Positions 1-11,941 of a stretch of 64,000 bases of DNA are shown here, piece after piece. The stretch is from contig MU054323.1 of the NCBI GenBank assembly GCA_013239625.1, forward strand, positions 2,964,161 through 3,028,160, written 5' to 3'. The DNA comes from Lama guanicoe (taxonomy: Eukaryota). How positions within the stretch are numbered: position 1 is the stretch's first letter; each line of letters starts with the position of its first letter. The notes beneath the pieces are model-generated. The model saw only the letters and a program-made list of their open reading frames with translations. It did not search any database and was not told where the DNA came from. The translations under genes were made by a program, and so were the position numbers.

Positions 1-367
1 CAGAGATATCTAAGGTGAGGAATAGTCTGCAAAGTGCTTGGCCAGAACTCCTCAAAACTGTCACGGTCATGGAAGACTGAGAAATTGTCACAGATGGGAT
101 GAGACAGTCCTGGGGAACCCACTGTGGGATCCTGGGAAAGTAAAAGGACATTAGTGGGAAAAATGATGAAACCCAAAATAAAATCTGTAATCTGGTCAGC
201 AGTACTGTATAATGTAAATTTATTGGTTCTGACAAATGCACCATAGTTATATAAGACATATTAACATGAGGGAAGACTGGGGGAAGGGTAAACAAGAATC
301 CTCTATAGTATCTTGGCAAGTTTTCTGTAAATCTAAAATTATTCCAAAATAAAAAGTTTATTTAAAA
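1..367 (+). mobile_element. LINE-1 3' end, old L1MC-type
   Basis: Resembles recalled L1MC 3'UTR (aaaggacattagtggg...gacaaatgcaccatagttatataaga...ttttctgtaaatctaaaattattccaaaataaaaag); ends in AATAAA and an A-rich tail. Confidence 0.8.
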
Positions 368-629
368 GAGTGTAGCCATAGGGGAATCAAAGGAAAAGCA
401 AACATGTTCCTGAAACTATATCCCTTAATTTCTTAGGTGAGAAAGATCTGTATAAGACTTGTGTAAGAAGCACCAGCAGTCTTTGCTTTGGAGTCCATTG
501 ACAAAGTTACCTTTAAGCCGGCAGACTGGCAAAGAGATCTGAGTCATGTAAATAAAAGTTACCCAAAGTATCTCACACATGAATATGATTCTATATCCAT
601 GCGTCATTGGATGCCCTTGGAGATGAGAT

Positions 630-852
630 AGCAGTAGCTCATGTTTATTGTAAGGTTATATGTTTCAGGAACTGTGCTGAGAGCTTTAAAGGTATGATCT
701 CTTTTAAATCTCACCACCACCCCATGAAGTAGAGGCTCTTCTGTCCTCAGGTTACTGGGTCACAGACAGTTTAAGTAGCTTACTCAAGGTCTACACAGCT
801 AGGAAGAGGTGGAGCTGAGATTTGAACTAGGCCTGTTGGTACTGGAGTCATA
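630..852 (-). mobile_element. MIR SINE
   Basis: Reverse MIR core: tttaaatctcaccaccaccccatgaagtag...ttaagtagcttactcaaggtctacacagctag...gagatttgaac. Confidence 0.8.
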
Positions 853-1004
853 TACACCATGATGCTCTTCTGTCTCTCAAAGGGCCATCAACTTCTCCAA
901 GGACCCAAGCCCCTTCTACAGCCCAGGCCCTTAGGGAAGCCCTATAGATACAGTGAGAAGCAAAACAAACAGGGTGTGTTAGGGATTATAAGTATACAGT
1001 CTTT

Positions 1005-1095
1005 ATTTCATTTAATCTTCATAACAATTCTAAGATACAAGTGAAATGCTTGTTTTACTCCCATGTTGCAAAAAGAAAAGTGAGACTCAGAACGT
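1005..1095 (-). mobile_element. MIR fragment
   Basis: tcatttaatcttcataacaattct...aagtgagactcaga resembles reverse MIR core. Confidence 0.55.
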
Positions 1096-1930
1096 AAGCA
1101 TCATCCGGAGGTTGGTGATGGGGAAATGGGCAGGGCCAGGACACACTGAATTCCCTTAGCTCCCAGCTCTCTGCACTTCGCACTTCTTTAGTCTGGTTGA
1201 TTACTACTGTGTCCCACCCATACCTACCAAGCACAAGCCCACTTTGCCTTTAAGCCTTAGGTATCTCCTAATGAAGAGAGTTCTGAGCAGGACTTGGACC
1301 TGCAGAAGGAGCCACCCATAAATGAGTGAAAGCCTGACTTGCAAAGGCAGTTCTGAGGACCAAGGAGACCGAGCTATTAGGAGCTTCGATGTGAGCCTTC
1401 CTCAGAGAAGATTGAGGTCCTGAAGACATGATTTGCTGGTGGGACTCTTACATCCTTCCAGTCTGCACAGATAAACCTGCCTCCTAAATCACGGCCATCA
1501 AAAGCCTTCCCCGTCTGAACAAATGAGACACTGTACCCACAGTGGTGAAGGTTCCTCCCCTCAGCATCTTTAAAGTTTTGTTTGGCAAAGGGTCACTATT
1601 GATTTCCAGAGGTAAGTGACCTGACAGTCATGCAACAGTCGGTCAGCGTCTCTGATTAACACCCTTGGTCAATGTCAGAAAGTCAAGGCAAGTGTAGAAC
1701 ACAGGTCAGGGAATTCTAGTATTAAGGGGGGGGTCTTTATTTTTCCACTTGATTATTAACCATACAGTTGTAAGCTCACCCTTTCATTCTCAGAATGCAA
1801 AAATTAATTAATTGGATAATATGAAAAAAATTTTAATAATTCCGCTAGTGCAATTACTTTTGCTTCTTTGTGAGTGAAGTACATGTTTAATTCATCCTTG
1901 CAACCAATTAGGGCTTGGCTAAATGAATGC

Positions 1931-2300
1931 CATTCATTCATTCATTCAAAACATTTACTTAACACCTATTACATGCTGGGTACTGAAATGTAGGGAAAGT
2001 CAGGGTTATTAAGGCAGTTTTTGCCCTTAAGGAGTTTAGCTATAGAAGAGTTCAGACCTGTAGAGAAAAAAACTGCAATACGGAGAAGTAAGGGCAGTAA
2101 TTGTTATGTGCCCACCAGGTAGAGGGGATCTCAAAACAGAGAAGAAACCGCTTAGCGTGGACAGATCAGGTAGAGTTTCATAAAGATAGGACGCATGTGT
2201 CAATTCTGAAAGAAGAGGGAGTTTTCCAAATGGACGACGGGAGAAAGAGCATTCCAACGCAACATCTTTGTTGAGGACAAAAGGTGCTGCAGAAATACAA
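1931..2300 (-). mobile_element. L2 LINE 3' end
   Basis: (cattc)n tail followed by acatttacttaacacctattacatgctgggtactg...tgcccttaaggagttta, typical reverse L2 3' end. Confidence 0.7.
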
Positions 2301-3991
2301 GTAAGAATTACCTGTGGATTTAAACACTGGTTCACTAATCTCAAATTCAAGAACAGAGGAGAGCGAGATGTGCAGCTGTGTACGCTGAGTAAGGCTTACA
2401 TCCCAGAGAAGACAAACATGGCAAATAGGAAGTAGGAGGCAAAGGATGGCATGCTTCTAGAAACGTTAGAGTCTTGGGTGATGCATTAAGCATTATGTAA
2501 CCTGCTGATACAAGGTCTGGACAATGCCCCGAGCCCTTGACCTCTTACCCCTGAAGGATGCTATCCTTTCCCTTCTTCTTTCACACTTTTCTTGCCTTCC
2601 TTTCCTTATATTGTAATGTCTGACTGTCCTCAAAATTTTTTTTCTCAACTAATTTTTTCAGGAGAAGAGACAAAGCACTCACCTCTTCACTGACTTCTCT
2701 CTGTCAGCCTGAAATTCTGGGACTGAAACTTGCACGATGCTTCTCCCTCCCGCTCCCTGCCAAAGGCACCCACCTCCTGCAGACAAAGGGAGGCCAGAAG
2801 TCCACCAAGTCTTAGCCCACTCCTCTAAGGACCAGCACTCCATCTCTAGAAGCACTGGAAAATCCAGATCCCCCATTCTCCTCCAGTATTGCAAACCTGG
2901 AGTCATAGAATAAGCATCCTCTATTACAGAAGAAAAAAAAAAAAGCATTCCTAGTGGCAGTCAGCAGGAGGCAGGGGCTCTTCCAGCTTAATGACTTGCA
3001 AATCAAAAGCATAAAAACCAGAATGCACCTTTTGAACCTCTTTCCCATTCTGCCTAGATGTCCTCATAATTTTCTCCCATAGCATTTCTGTTATTTTTGC
3101 TACCAGAGCAATAACCTTCCCTGTGCATTTTGAAAATGTTGGAGGAGGAGCTGTCCAGTGATCTCAAAGCATGTGTTTTTGATTCGCGTAAGATTATGGA
3201 TACCAAAGGAATAAAAATGGAAATCACTACTGCCAAGATATGAAAGAAAGTTTGCATAGTAAAATAATTTAAACCTAACATTTGGACCCAATAAGGCAAA
3301 TGGAACGTTTTTTCCATATTTTTGGAAAATGTGCATTTTCTTCGCATTAAGTGGTACCAATAAAAAATAATGATTCTCACTCAGTTTATTTCTATAAATT
3401 AGATTGGCTTATAGTTTTCCAAGACATGGTTTTGTATCAAGCTATATGGCAAACACCTGGGCATAAAATACACTCAGCTTTTTGCTTCCACGTGGGAGAA
3501 ACAGGTCACCATTCCTCTCTTTTAAATCTCGAGCAAAGGTCAGCTAAAGCCAGTTAATATATTTAGTCCTCTCTCTCTGTCGAGAATGAGTGTTACGTCA
3601 ACAATTTGTGGAGGTTCGTGAAGTTCCTCCCAAATAGGCAGGGTGACCATTTCCCGATTAGAAACTGGGTGATTTAGCAATACATGCGGGTAAAGACATT
3701 TGACTCATCTTAGAATCAGATAAAGAAAGAAAGAAAACCAAGTAACAAAGAATTGTTCCAAAACACTTCTATACAGAATTCACGCATGAATATACTAATC
3801 TAGGGGGAAGTCTACAAATGAGAGCTTGGCGTGGGAACATTAGAAATGGTGGACAGATGCAGACGAAGACACGGGGAAATGGAGAAGAGGTGTGACAAGG
3901 GGGAATAGGATAGAGAAGGAAGAGAAGAGAGAGAAAAAATAGGGGACAGTGAAGAGATGAGAGTAAATATTGGATCCAGAATTCATGTTAA

Positions 3992-4022
3992 ACACACACA
4001 CACACATACACACACACACACA
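3992..4022. repeat. (CA)n microsatellite
   Basis: Seen directly; one TA interruption. Confidence 0.95.
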
Positions 4023-4917
4023 GTGTTAAGTCACATCTCCCTCCAGTTTCAAAGCAGTTGGAGCCGAACTTAGCCTGGAGTGGTGGCCTGAGCACCAAGT
4101 CAGAACTGGGAGTGATGGTTCAGAGCTGGTGATGCTTCAAGCTCCACCACTGCACACAAGCTGCAGCCGCTGAGGATCCCGTTTCTCAGCAATCAGATGT
4201 GACGAATTCCTTCCTTCCCCATCTCCCAGGCCCCTTGGAAGGCTCAAAGAGAGATGAATGTGAATGAACTGTGATAGCTATAAAATATTCCCCACATGGA
4301 GTGTGTGAGGTGGAAAGAGGGAAGGTGGTGAATTATTTATTATTCTTTGGCTCAAGCGTCAGCTGTTTGTAAGTCTTCGTGTCCTCCAGCAGCTAAGGCA
4401 CTATCCACTAAGATTCAATAAAATTACCTTGAATCCTTCTTCCACAAACGGTAGGAAACCACGCATCCTTCCCAACATCCCAGAGGATTCTCCGGGGGGT
4501 TATGTTTGTCCTGGTTCCCTCTAGCTCCAATTTCCTACTTTTGCTGAATTTTCAACCCCTGCTCCCATTTTCATCTCCTGCAGGTGCTGGACATTCTTAG
4601 TCCATCACTGGGGCCAGCCTAGGATCCGTCACTCCCCCCACAGTACCATGAACACTAGACTGGGCATGTAAGACTTGCACTGAGGATCTGAAGGTATAGG
4701 GTGGTGTTATATTGCAGCACAGCAAACAATCTAAAATTAAATGCCAGTGATTCTTTTGTTAACAGTGCCTGGCTCCTCTAGGCACCCCTCACTGTTTGTC
4801 TCTGCACAGACATCCCCAGCCCGCCACCATCCAGATCAACTCTTTCCCTTTCTCATCTCCCACCAAGCTACCAGCTGCCCAATTCTTTCTGCTCTCCTCT
4901 TGTTCGGGTCTGGCGCT

Positions 4918-5082
4918 GGGGAATCTCAACGCCAGCTACATGTTAGAATCTCCTGGGGAGTTTTTAAAAAATAGCGATGCCCAGACCCTACCCCAGACCA
5001 ATTACGTCAGAGGCTCTGGAGCTGGGGCACACATACGCATAATTTTCCAAAGCCCTTTCTGTGCAGCCAGGGTTGAAAACCT
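4918..5082. mobile_element. MER5-family hAT-Charlie MITE
   Basis: ttagaatctcctggggagtttttaaaa...ccccagaccaatt...tgtgcagccagggttgaaaacc; quasi-palindromic MER5 layout. Confidence 0.75.
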
Positions 5083-5639
5083 CCTCCACTGTAGCTCATC
5101 TAAGCCATGTCCTGGGGCAAGCTCACCTTTCATACTCAAAAAAGCCATCAAGGCAATCTGCTGAACAAAAGACAATTCTCTCACTGAGAAATCCACTGCC
5201 AGTTTTTTAACTGAACATTATTTTTCCTGCCACCATTATTATCTTAAGAAATTTGCCAGGAACACACACTTCATTATCCAGAGGTCGGGATCTTTCCCCA
5301 GCATCAGCATTTCCGGACGAGTCTTTTGCTCTCTCCTTCCTGGCTCACTTTCCCAGGTCACAGAACAGCAGGGTGGGCAGAGAAGAAACCAAGGAATCCA
5401 CACAAAGAGGAACCTGGCTTCTCCATTGAGAGACTTTATGGCAGGTAGAAATTCAAAGCTAAAATGGGATGCTGACATTATTTTGGAATCATGTAGACAG
5501 AAACATCCTCAACCCTAGTGAGAAAAAAAAATAAACAGCCCCATGGTGGTGTTACAGTTTTGTTGTTTGTTTTAAAAATACACACAGAGAGTTTTTTCTG
5601 AATATTTTCAAAACTATTTCAAAAAAGTATAGGCTATGA

Positions 5640-5815
5640 AACAATGTTTCATATATACTTGCTCTCCTTTGGGCTTCCTGACAGCCCTGTGAGGAAGGGA
5701 AGCAGAGCAGGAATTATCAATTTTTCCAGCAGAATAAATTCACCCTTAGAGAAGATAAGAGACTTGTCCAAAACCACACTGCTGGGACGTGGCAGGGCTG
5801 TTGTTCAAAACCTAG
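5640..5815 (-). mobile_element. MIR SINE
   Basis: cagccctgtgagg...agagaagataagagacttgtccaaaaccacactgct resembles reverse MIR core. Confidence 0.6.
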
Positions 5816-5819
5816 TGCT

Positions 5820-6200
5820 GATCTTAGTTGTGGCTGCTGTAGCTAAGTACCATAGGCTGGGTGGCTTATAAACGTCAGAAATTTATTTCTCACAGTTTTG
5901 GAGACTGGAAGTCCCAGATCAGGGTGCCAGCATGGCTGAGATCTGATGAGAACCCTTTTCTGGGTTGCAGACTGCTGCCCTCTCAGATCCTCACTTGGCA
6001 GAGAGCAAGTGAAGCAAGCTCTCTCATGACTCATGTAAGGGCACAAGTCCCATTCATGAAGGCTCCACCCTCATGACCTCATCTCATCTGAATCACCTCC
6101 CAATGGCCCCACCTCCTAATCCCATCACAGTTGGCAGTGGAGGCGGGGGCTTCAACCTAAGAATTTGGAGGGTGAGGGCACCAATATTCAGTCCATAACA
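5820..6200 (-). mobile_element. MaLR solo LTR (MLT1A-like)
   Basis: ggctgctgtagctaagtaccataggctgggtggcttataaac...atttatttctcacagttttggagactggaagtccc...gggcttcaac...ttcagtccataaca. Confidence 0.85.
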
Positions 6201-6284
6201 GTCCTCTTACTCCAATGTCGTTACTTTTTCTGCCTCTTTGTGTTGCTTTACTACCACTGTGTCTATGTACGTGCATGTGTGCGT

Positions 6285-6288
<4 letters not shown>

Positions 6289-6320
<32 letters not shown>
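6289..6320. repeat. (CA)n microsatellite at the end of a longer alternating purine-pyrimidine tract
   Basis: Seen directly. Confidence 0.95.
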
Positions 6321-6322
<2 letters not shown>

Positions 6323-8087
6323 AGTTGTGGGCTGGGAGGCCACATTCCACGTAAGAATACCACCTGGCAAGGGTCGGTCCAGGAGGAAGAGCAGACGCCC
6401 AGGAAATCCTACGCCTTTGTTTCTTGGATGGGAGATGAGAATGCAAGCTTGGAGCCTGTGACCCACCAACCGTTCCCTTCCTACCCATTTCCCCTTTCGT
6501 CCCCTGCTGCGCCCCTCTGAGGCTCTGCAGACCCATTCTCAGAAAAGAAGCTGATGTCAGTCCCTGCCTTCGTCCAAATAAGCCTATGTCACTCGTCCCT
6601 GAGGGAAAGCATTTCAGACTCTGTCTTGGTTGGGGAGAGAAGGGTAACTCATGACCTTACGGAAGTAGGCCTAGCACAGAGCTCCAGGAGTGCTTGTCAA
6701 CTGACTGATTCCTGGTCTCAGGGCTGGAAGGCCCCCGTGGAGGCCCAGCTCATCTCCCAGCCTTCGGGCAGGTCAGGCCTGTCGGGAAACAAGCCACTGG
6801 TAGCAGAGATTATGATGGAACGGCGGGTCCTGCTGGGCAGCCACCACCTTACCCATGCACAGATCAGGCCCTGTGTCCTTCCTCAGGGTCTCCCTGAGCG
6901 TGTCCAGAAGCGGAGGCACCCAGTCCACTCCCGAGGGAAGATGAGTCCCACCTCCTTTAAAGCACGGAGTTACAGCATAAGGATAAATTTTGGGGGGCTG
7001 CCAGGCCAAGGAGGCGACCCCGAGGTGTCAGTCTCCTAGTGTGGAATATGTTTGTGGTTTTGAGCTATTTCTACAAGTTCCTTCAGCTCAAGGCTGTGCA
7101 GACAACCTTGGGTGAGAGAGAGGAGGACAATGAGATGTCCTAAAAATGCCTCAGAAAAACTGTTGTTGGACAGGACCTATATCACCACCTCTTGCCGGGA
7201 ACGTAGGAACAGTCTCTCCTCCTCCAGCCCTCCATCCTCCCCCGTGTGCTCTCTGAAATCAAGGCTTGGGGACTGAACGCATATGGGTCTCGTTGGTCCA
7301 TCCTGTTGTCCTCTGAGGCCATAAATTCAGACAGCCACAAATCAGCTTCAGAGAAATTTCAGCCCCAGACACGCACGCGCCTCTGTTCAAGTCCTGGTGT
7401 CCAGGCTGAAATACGGCCGCATGCGTTCCCTCCTGCACTGCCGGTCTGCTGGAGATGCCCCTCTGTCAGAGGGGGTTTACGGAGCAGCCGGGAGGCTAGG
7501 ACACAGTGGCCAGACACCACCCTAGTCACGGCGCCCAGAGACTTTGATCTCCTGCTGGTAGCGCCGTGTCACCGAGGTCACCACCTGTTCCCACACAGGC
7601 CTGAAGTACAGCTCTCTGAAGCACCCTGGGGGCTCTGGGTTCCTCCTCCACCTTGACACGGCATTGCCAGAGCTGACTGCTTTTCTTCTCCAAATAGCCC
7701 TCCGTGACACTCATTGTCACCAGCTAAATACAGAGCACTTCTGGCCCTTTTCCTTTCCTCGTGCTGACAGCTGACACAGCACCTGCCCACCCTTTGCATG
7801 AGAAGGCTCCTTCTTAAAGGCCCTTCTCCAAGAATCTGAGCTTGGGTCTGGGCAGGACATCAACTCAAAGCAAATGTCAAACACTGGGTTTCCTAAGTCC
7901 CAAGAGGTACGCTGGCCTAGTCAGTCGGGAACAAATTTGCACCTGTCTCCAAAGTGGTTTCCGCCATCCTCATGCCGTCCTGGACCCAAGGTAAGCCCAA
8001 AGGCTGAGCCCACGTGTGGGAGGCTCACTTGGATGAGCACAGAGCAGAGCCTGAAGCCTGGGACCTGGGGCTCTCCCACAGCCTGAA

Positions 8088-8256
8088 CCAGGCTTCTCAA
8101 CATCCAGAGTGCAGTGAACTCACGGCAGAGCTTTACAAGAGACCCGCTGATGCCCGGTTCCCTCCCCAGAAGTTCACAGTTAGCTCATATAAGGTCTGGT
8201 GATTTTCAAGGCTCTTCAAGTGCTTCTTGATGTGCAGCTGAGGTGGAGAAGGACTG
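8088..8256. mobile_element. MER5-family MITE, degenerate
   Basis: caggcttctcaa...tgatgcccggttccctccccaga...tgatgtgcagctgaggtggagaaggactg; MER5-like ends. Confidence 0.6.
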
Positions 8257-8314
8257 AGTGAGGATCAGGGCATGTGTCCCAGAGGAGAGTTTGGGAAGCA
8301 TCCCCAGCACTCAG

Positions 8315-9093
8315 TTACCACTCATTCGCTCCCTAATCCATTCCCTGCCTTTAAGGAGCCCTCATATTGTGTGGGGCAGTGTGTCAGTCTTAGTCTGGGT
8401 GCTCCAAAGAAACAGGACCAATCGGATTTGTGGATATCTAAGTGTACAGGCATATCAATATATATAAAGATATTTATTATAAGAAATTTGTTCACAAAAC
8501 TGTAGAGACTGAGAGATCCCAGGATCCGCAGTCAGCAAGCTGGAGACCCAGGAGAGCCGATGGTGTTAGTTTCCAGCCCAAGCCCAAGTTCAAAGTCAGG
8601 AGAAGACTGATCTCCTAGCTTGAAGACAGTCACAGAGAGTGAATTCTCCTTTGCTCAGCCTTTTTTTTTTCTCTTCCTGTGCAGGCCACCAGGGGATGGA
8701 ACAAAGCCCGCCCCCACTGGAGAGGGCAATTTGCTTTACTCAGTCAGCTAATTCAGATCTTCATCTCATCGAAAAACACCCACACAGACTCACTCAAAAT
8801 TATGTTTAACCAAATATCTGGGCAGTCTGTGACCCAGTCAAGCTGACAAATAACATTAACCATCACACGCTGCTCTAGGCACCACAGCGAATAGTGAAAA
8901 GATCTGGACTCTTGCCTTCAAGGAGCTTCCAGTCTCAGGATGAGGCAATATTTGTGAGAAGGGCTAAGGTCTCCACCATGTGGTGCAGCTGCCCAGAGTC
9001 AAGACAGCAGGAACTCAGAGGAGAAACAGGTCCGACCAGGGACGGTCATCAAAGGCCTGCTGAAGAAGCTGGGCTTGATCTGGGCCGGGAGGC
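8315..9093 (-). mobile_element. L2 remnant split by an MLT2 LTR (L2 pieces about 8315-8379 and 8868-9093)
   Basis: Reverse L2 3' pattern stops at the LTR and resumes with tgctctaggcacc...cttgccttcaaggagcttccagtc. Confidence 0.6.
8380..8867 (-). mobile_element. ERVL solo LTR (MLT2-family)
   Basis: ttagtctgggtgctccaaagaaacaggaccaat...gcaagctggagacccaggagagcc...gacccagtcaagctgacaaataacattaaccatcaca, the characteristic reverse MLT2 end. Confidence 0.85.
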
Positions 9094-9548
9094 TGTTATG
9101 GGTTGAATTGTGTCCCGCAAAAGATACGTTTCAGTCCTGACCCCCAGTAAGATCCGAATGTGAAAATTAGTTGGTTGCAGATGTCATTGGCTAAGATGGG
9201 GTCATGCTAACGTAGGGTGAGCCCTTAATCCAGAATTACCAGTGTCCCCATAGGAAGAGGAGGGAGACACAGAGAGTGACGGCCACGGGAAGACAAAGAC
9301 ACGGGGAAACACCAGGAGGAGTTACAGGCAGAGACTGGACTGTTGAGTCAGCAAGCCAAGGATTGCCAGCTGCCAGCACAAGCCAAGCAAGAGGCATGGA
9401 ACATTTTCTCCCTCAGAGCCCTCAGAGGAACCAACCCTGCAGACACCCCCCAGAACTAACTGCCAGAACTGCTGGAGAATATATTTCTGTTATTTCAAGC
9501 CACTTGTTTGTGGTGCTTGGTGGTACCTTGTCATGGCAACCCTAGGAA
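9094..9548 (+). mobile_element. MaLR solo LTR (MLT1C-like)
   Basis: Starts tgttatgggttgaattgtgtccc; contains tttctccctcagagccctcagaggaaccaaccctgc; 5-bp TSD gaggc at 9089-9093 and 9549-9553. Confidence 0.88.
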
Positions 9549-9799
9549 GAGGCTAAGTCCAAAATGGACAAGCAGGGTGGGGAGGGGACCCTGGAGACAC
9601 AGAGGTGGGAATGAATAGTGCAGGGGAAAGACGGCAAACAACCCAACCCAACTAGAACAAAGAATTTCAGAAAGGAATGGCAGGCAACATGCATCAGAGT
9701 GGCCACCTCACACCTCATCTCCCCAGGGAGCCCACCGTATTTCCCCGTCCCGAGGGAGACTTTCCACCCCTCGCTGCACCCCTCCACCAGTAGGGTGCA

Positions 9800-10263
9800 A
9801 ATCGGAGCTGCCTTCCTCTTACCTGGGCACTTGTGAGGTGGGCATGTGACCCAAACATCCTACCCCACCCTCTTGGCCACAGTAATAGGTCCAAAAATGG
9901 GCACTGAGCCAAGGCAAGCCAATTAGAGACTTTCCCTGGGATGTTTTATTTGTCTTAGTTTTAAAACCGGTAGAAAAGGGCTCTTTTTCTCTGGACACAC
10001 CTGTGAAACATGACCTTGAAGCTGCCCCCCCACCCGGCTATGTCCTTATGATGTAAATAAATAAAGAGATAAAATGATCCTTGTATCATTCTGGCCCCTG
10101 GTTGTAGACACTAAGGTTTTCGGAGTGGCACTTGAATTTTTACTTCGTCCGTTGATTCTGAAAGCAATCCCAATAACCTTCCCCCTTAGATAGAAAAACA
10201 AAAATAACTTTGTTTAACTCAAATGGATTTGTTACTTGCGACTAAAGGAGCCCCAATTAGTAC
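9800..10263 (+). mobile_element. Old MaLR LTR (MLT1K/L-like)
   Basis: ttggccacagtaataggtcc...gccaattagagactttccctggga...ggatttgttacttgcgactaaaggagccc. Confidence 0.6.
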
Positions 10264-10334
10264 CTCATGGGAGAAACTGCCTTCACCCTGAAGAGCTTTG
10301 ACGCTCGGCTGCAGCATTTATTTTTAACCCTATT

Positions 10335-10501
10335 AGCTAGAGATTGTTAACTGGAGTTTATAGAATCTGACATCAGGGTTCCCCATGAAACTTCAGAAAT
10401 AAAGTGCAAAATACACAAAATATACACCCTCCTAGGAAGACGCAGCATAGCTGCCATCAGATTCTCAGTGGAGTTTTTGACCCCAAAATTAAGAACCACT
10501 G
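10335..10501. mobile_element. hAT-type MITE (family not assigned)
   Basis: Ends catcagattctcagtggagtttttgaccccaaaattaagaaccactg (hAT-Charlie-like terminus); similar copy at about 23225-23374. Confidence 0.6.
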
Positions 10502-10799
10502 TTGGGAGCAACGAGAAGGCAAACAAAAGAATCACAGAACGTATTATCCTCCACTGACAATTATTAAACACCCTCAGATATCCAGTCATTTATTCAACAA
10601 GCGAACTGTCAAGCCCAGGGTCAAGAGCTGTTGAGGATGTGCCGACGTGTGTGGTGTGACTTTATCCACAAGGAGTCTGAGTTGGCTCGGGGTGGTAATG
10701 AGCATATACATAATTTTGACAGAGGCAAGTGAGGGTAATTAATGCAATGGCAGTTCCGAAGCCAGTGCCTAGAACTTTTCCTACAGCCTTAAATGAGCA

Positions 10800-10935
10800 G
10801 TAAATACAGCCCTGGATGGAGTCCTCCCTTGCGAGTGGACCATAGGTAAGTCAGCATCTCAGAATCTCAAGGTCATCATTTTCTAAATGGATATAAGAAT
10901 CCTGCTAGACCACCTGACACAGTGTTGCGCAGTGT
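10800..10935 (+). mobile_element. MIR fragment
   Basis: gaccataggtaagtca...tctcagaatctcaaggtcatcattttctaaatggatataa resembles MIR core. Confidence 0.5.
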
Positions 10936-11033
10936 TAACAAGAAAGAAAATATCTGCCAACCTTCTGAGAGCCTGGGAACCCTTAGAAAAAGTATATAAT
11001 ACCTTCTTAGGAGATGCCTGCTTCTGGACCTGG

Positions 11034-11193
11034 CTAGTGCTACTCAAGGTGTGGCCCTGGACTATGATGACCAGCCATGTGGGCATCTCCTGGGAGTTCC
11101 TTAGAAAGGCAGATCTCAGGCCTCATCCCAGACTTTCTGAAACTGCAAGCTCCCCCAGGTGATTTGTATTCAAGTTAAAGTTTGAGACACATT
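11034..11193 (+). mobile_element. MER5A-like MITE
   Basis: tagtgctactcaaggtgtggccctggac...ggcatctcctgggagttccttagaaa...ccccaggtgatttgtattcaagttaaagtttgaga. Confidence 0.8.
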
Positions 11194-11941
11194 CAACTAG
11201 GTATTTCTTAGCATAATGTAATTATAATCTGACAGAGAGGAAAATCCATCGGAGGGCACACGTTATCATAAGGGACAGAGGTGGGGACGAGAGTCGCCCA
11301 GGTGTGCTATGGGCTGGCTGCCACGCAGATCCAACCCAGCCTCCTTAGAACAAGGGATGTGCATGGGGACCTGAGCTGCCTGGAGCACTGGATGCAGTGA
11401 GCCGTGGTGTGTGAGCCAGCCCCAGAACCAGCCTTTGGTCCTGCCAGAAGCTGCTCGTGCACCCTAGACATATGGTCTCCCTGAATCTCTGGTCAGAGCG
11501 ACACCAGCATACTTCGCATACATCAGCGCACGCAGAGGGGATTAGCAAACATCTGGGGAGCACAGCCTCCTGCCTTCTGCTGGTTTGCGGAGCAGGGGGG
11601 CACAAGAAGACTCTTGGAGTGCTGAGCACGAGCACAACCCACCAAGGTGCCAGTGAGATGGGGGGCTTTCTCTCTGTCAGTAGCAAATTGTCCAAATGAC
11701 CACAGCAGACAAATACGCAGTGATGCTGAGGGTCTAGGGCAGCAAGAACTCAGGGTCCAGGGAGCAGTAGCAGTGCTTAGACCAAAAGGATTCCCCTGCT
11801 TTGGTTATTTTTAGAAACACCACATTAAACAAAGTTAAATTTGTTCCTTTACAGGAGCACCTTTAATCAGCTATGCGCCTTGTGGACCTTCAAAGGAGGC
11901 TTTATCTCCCAAGCATTTTTGATTACAGAACTCCTCCCCTC

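Noticed and set aside
1462..1611. Plus-strand 150-nt coding exon ending at GAG|GTAAGT
   Set aside because: Stops in all three frames and no partner exon identified; a non-coding exon cannot be excluded.
6554..7039. 161-aa ATG-initiated ORF
   Set aside because: No domain resemblance or promoter/polyA context; length is unremarkable at this GC content.
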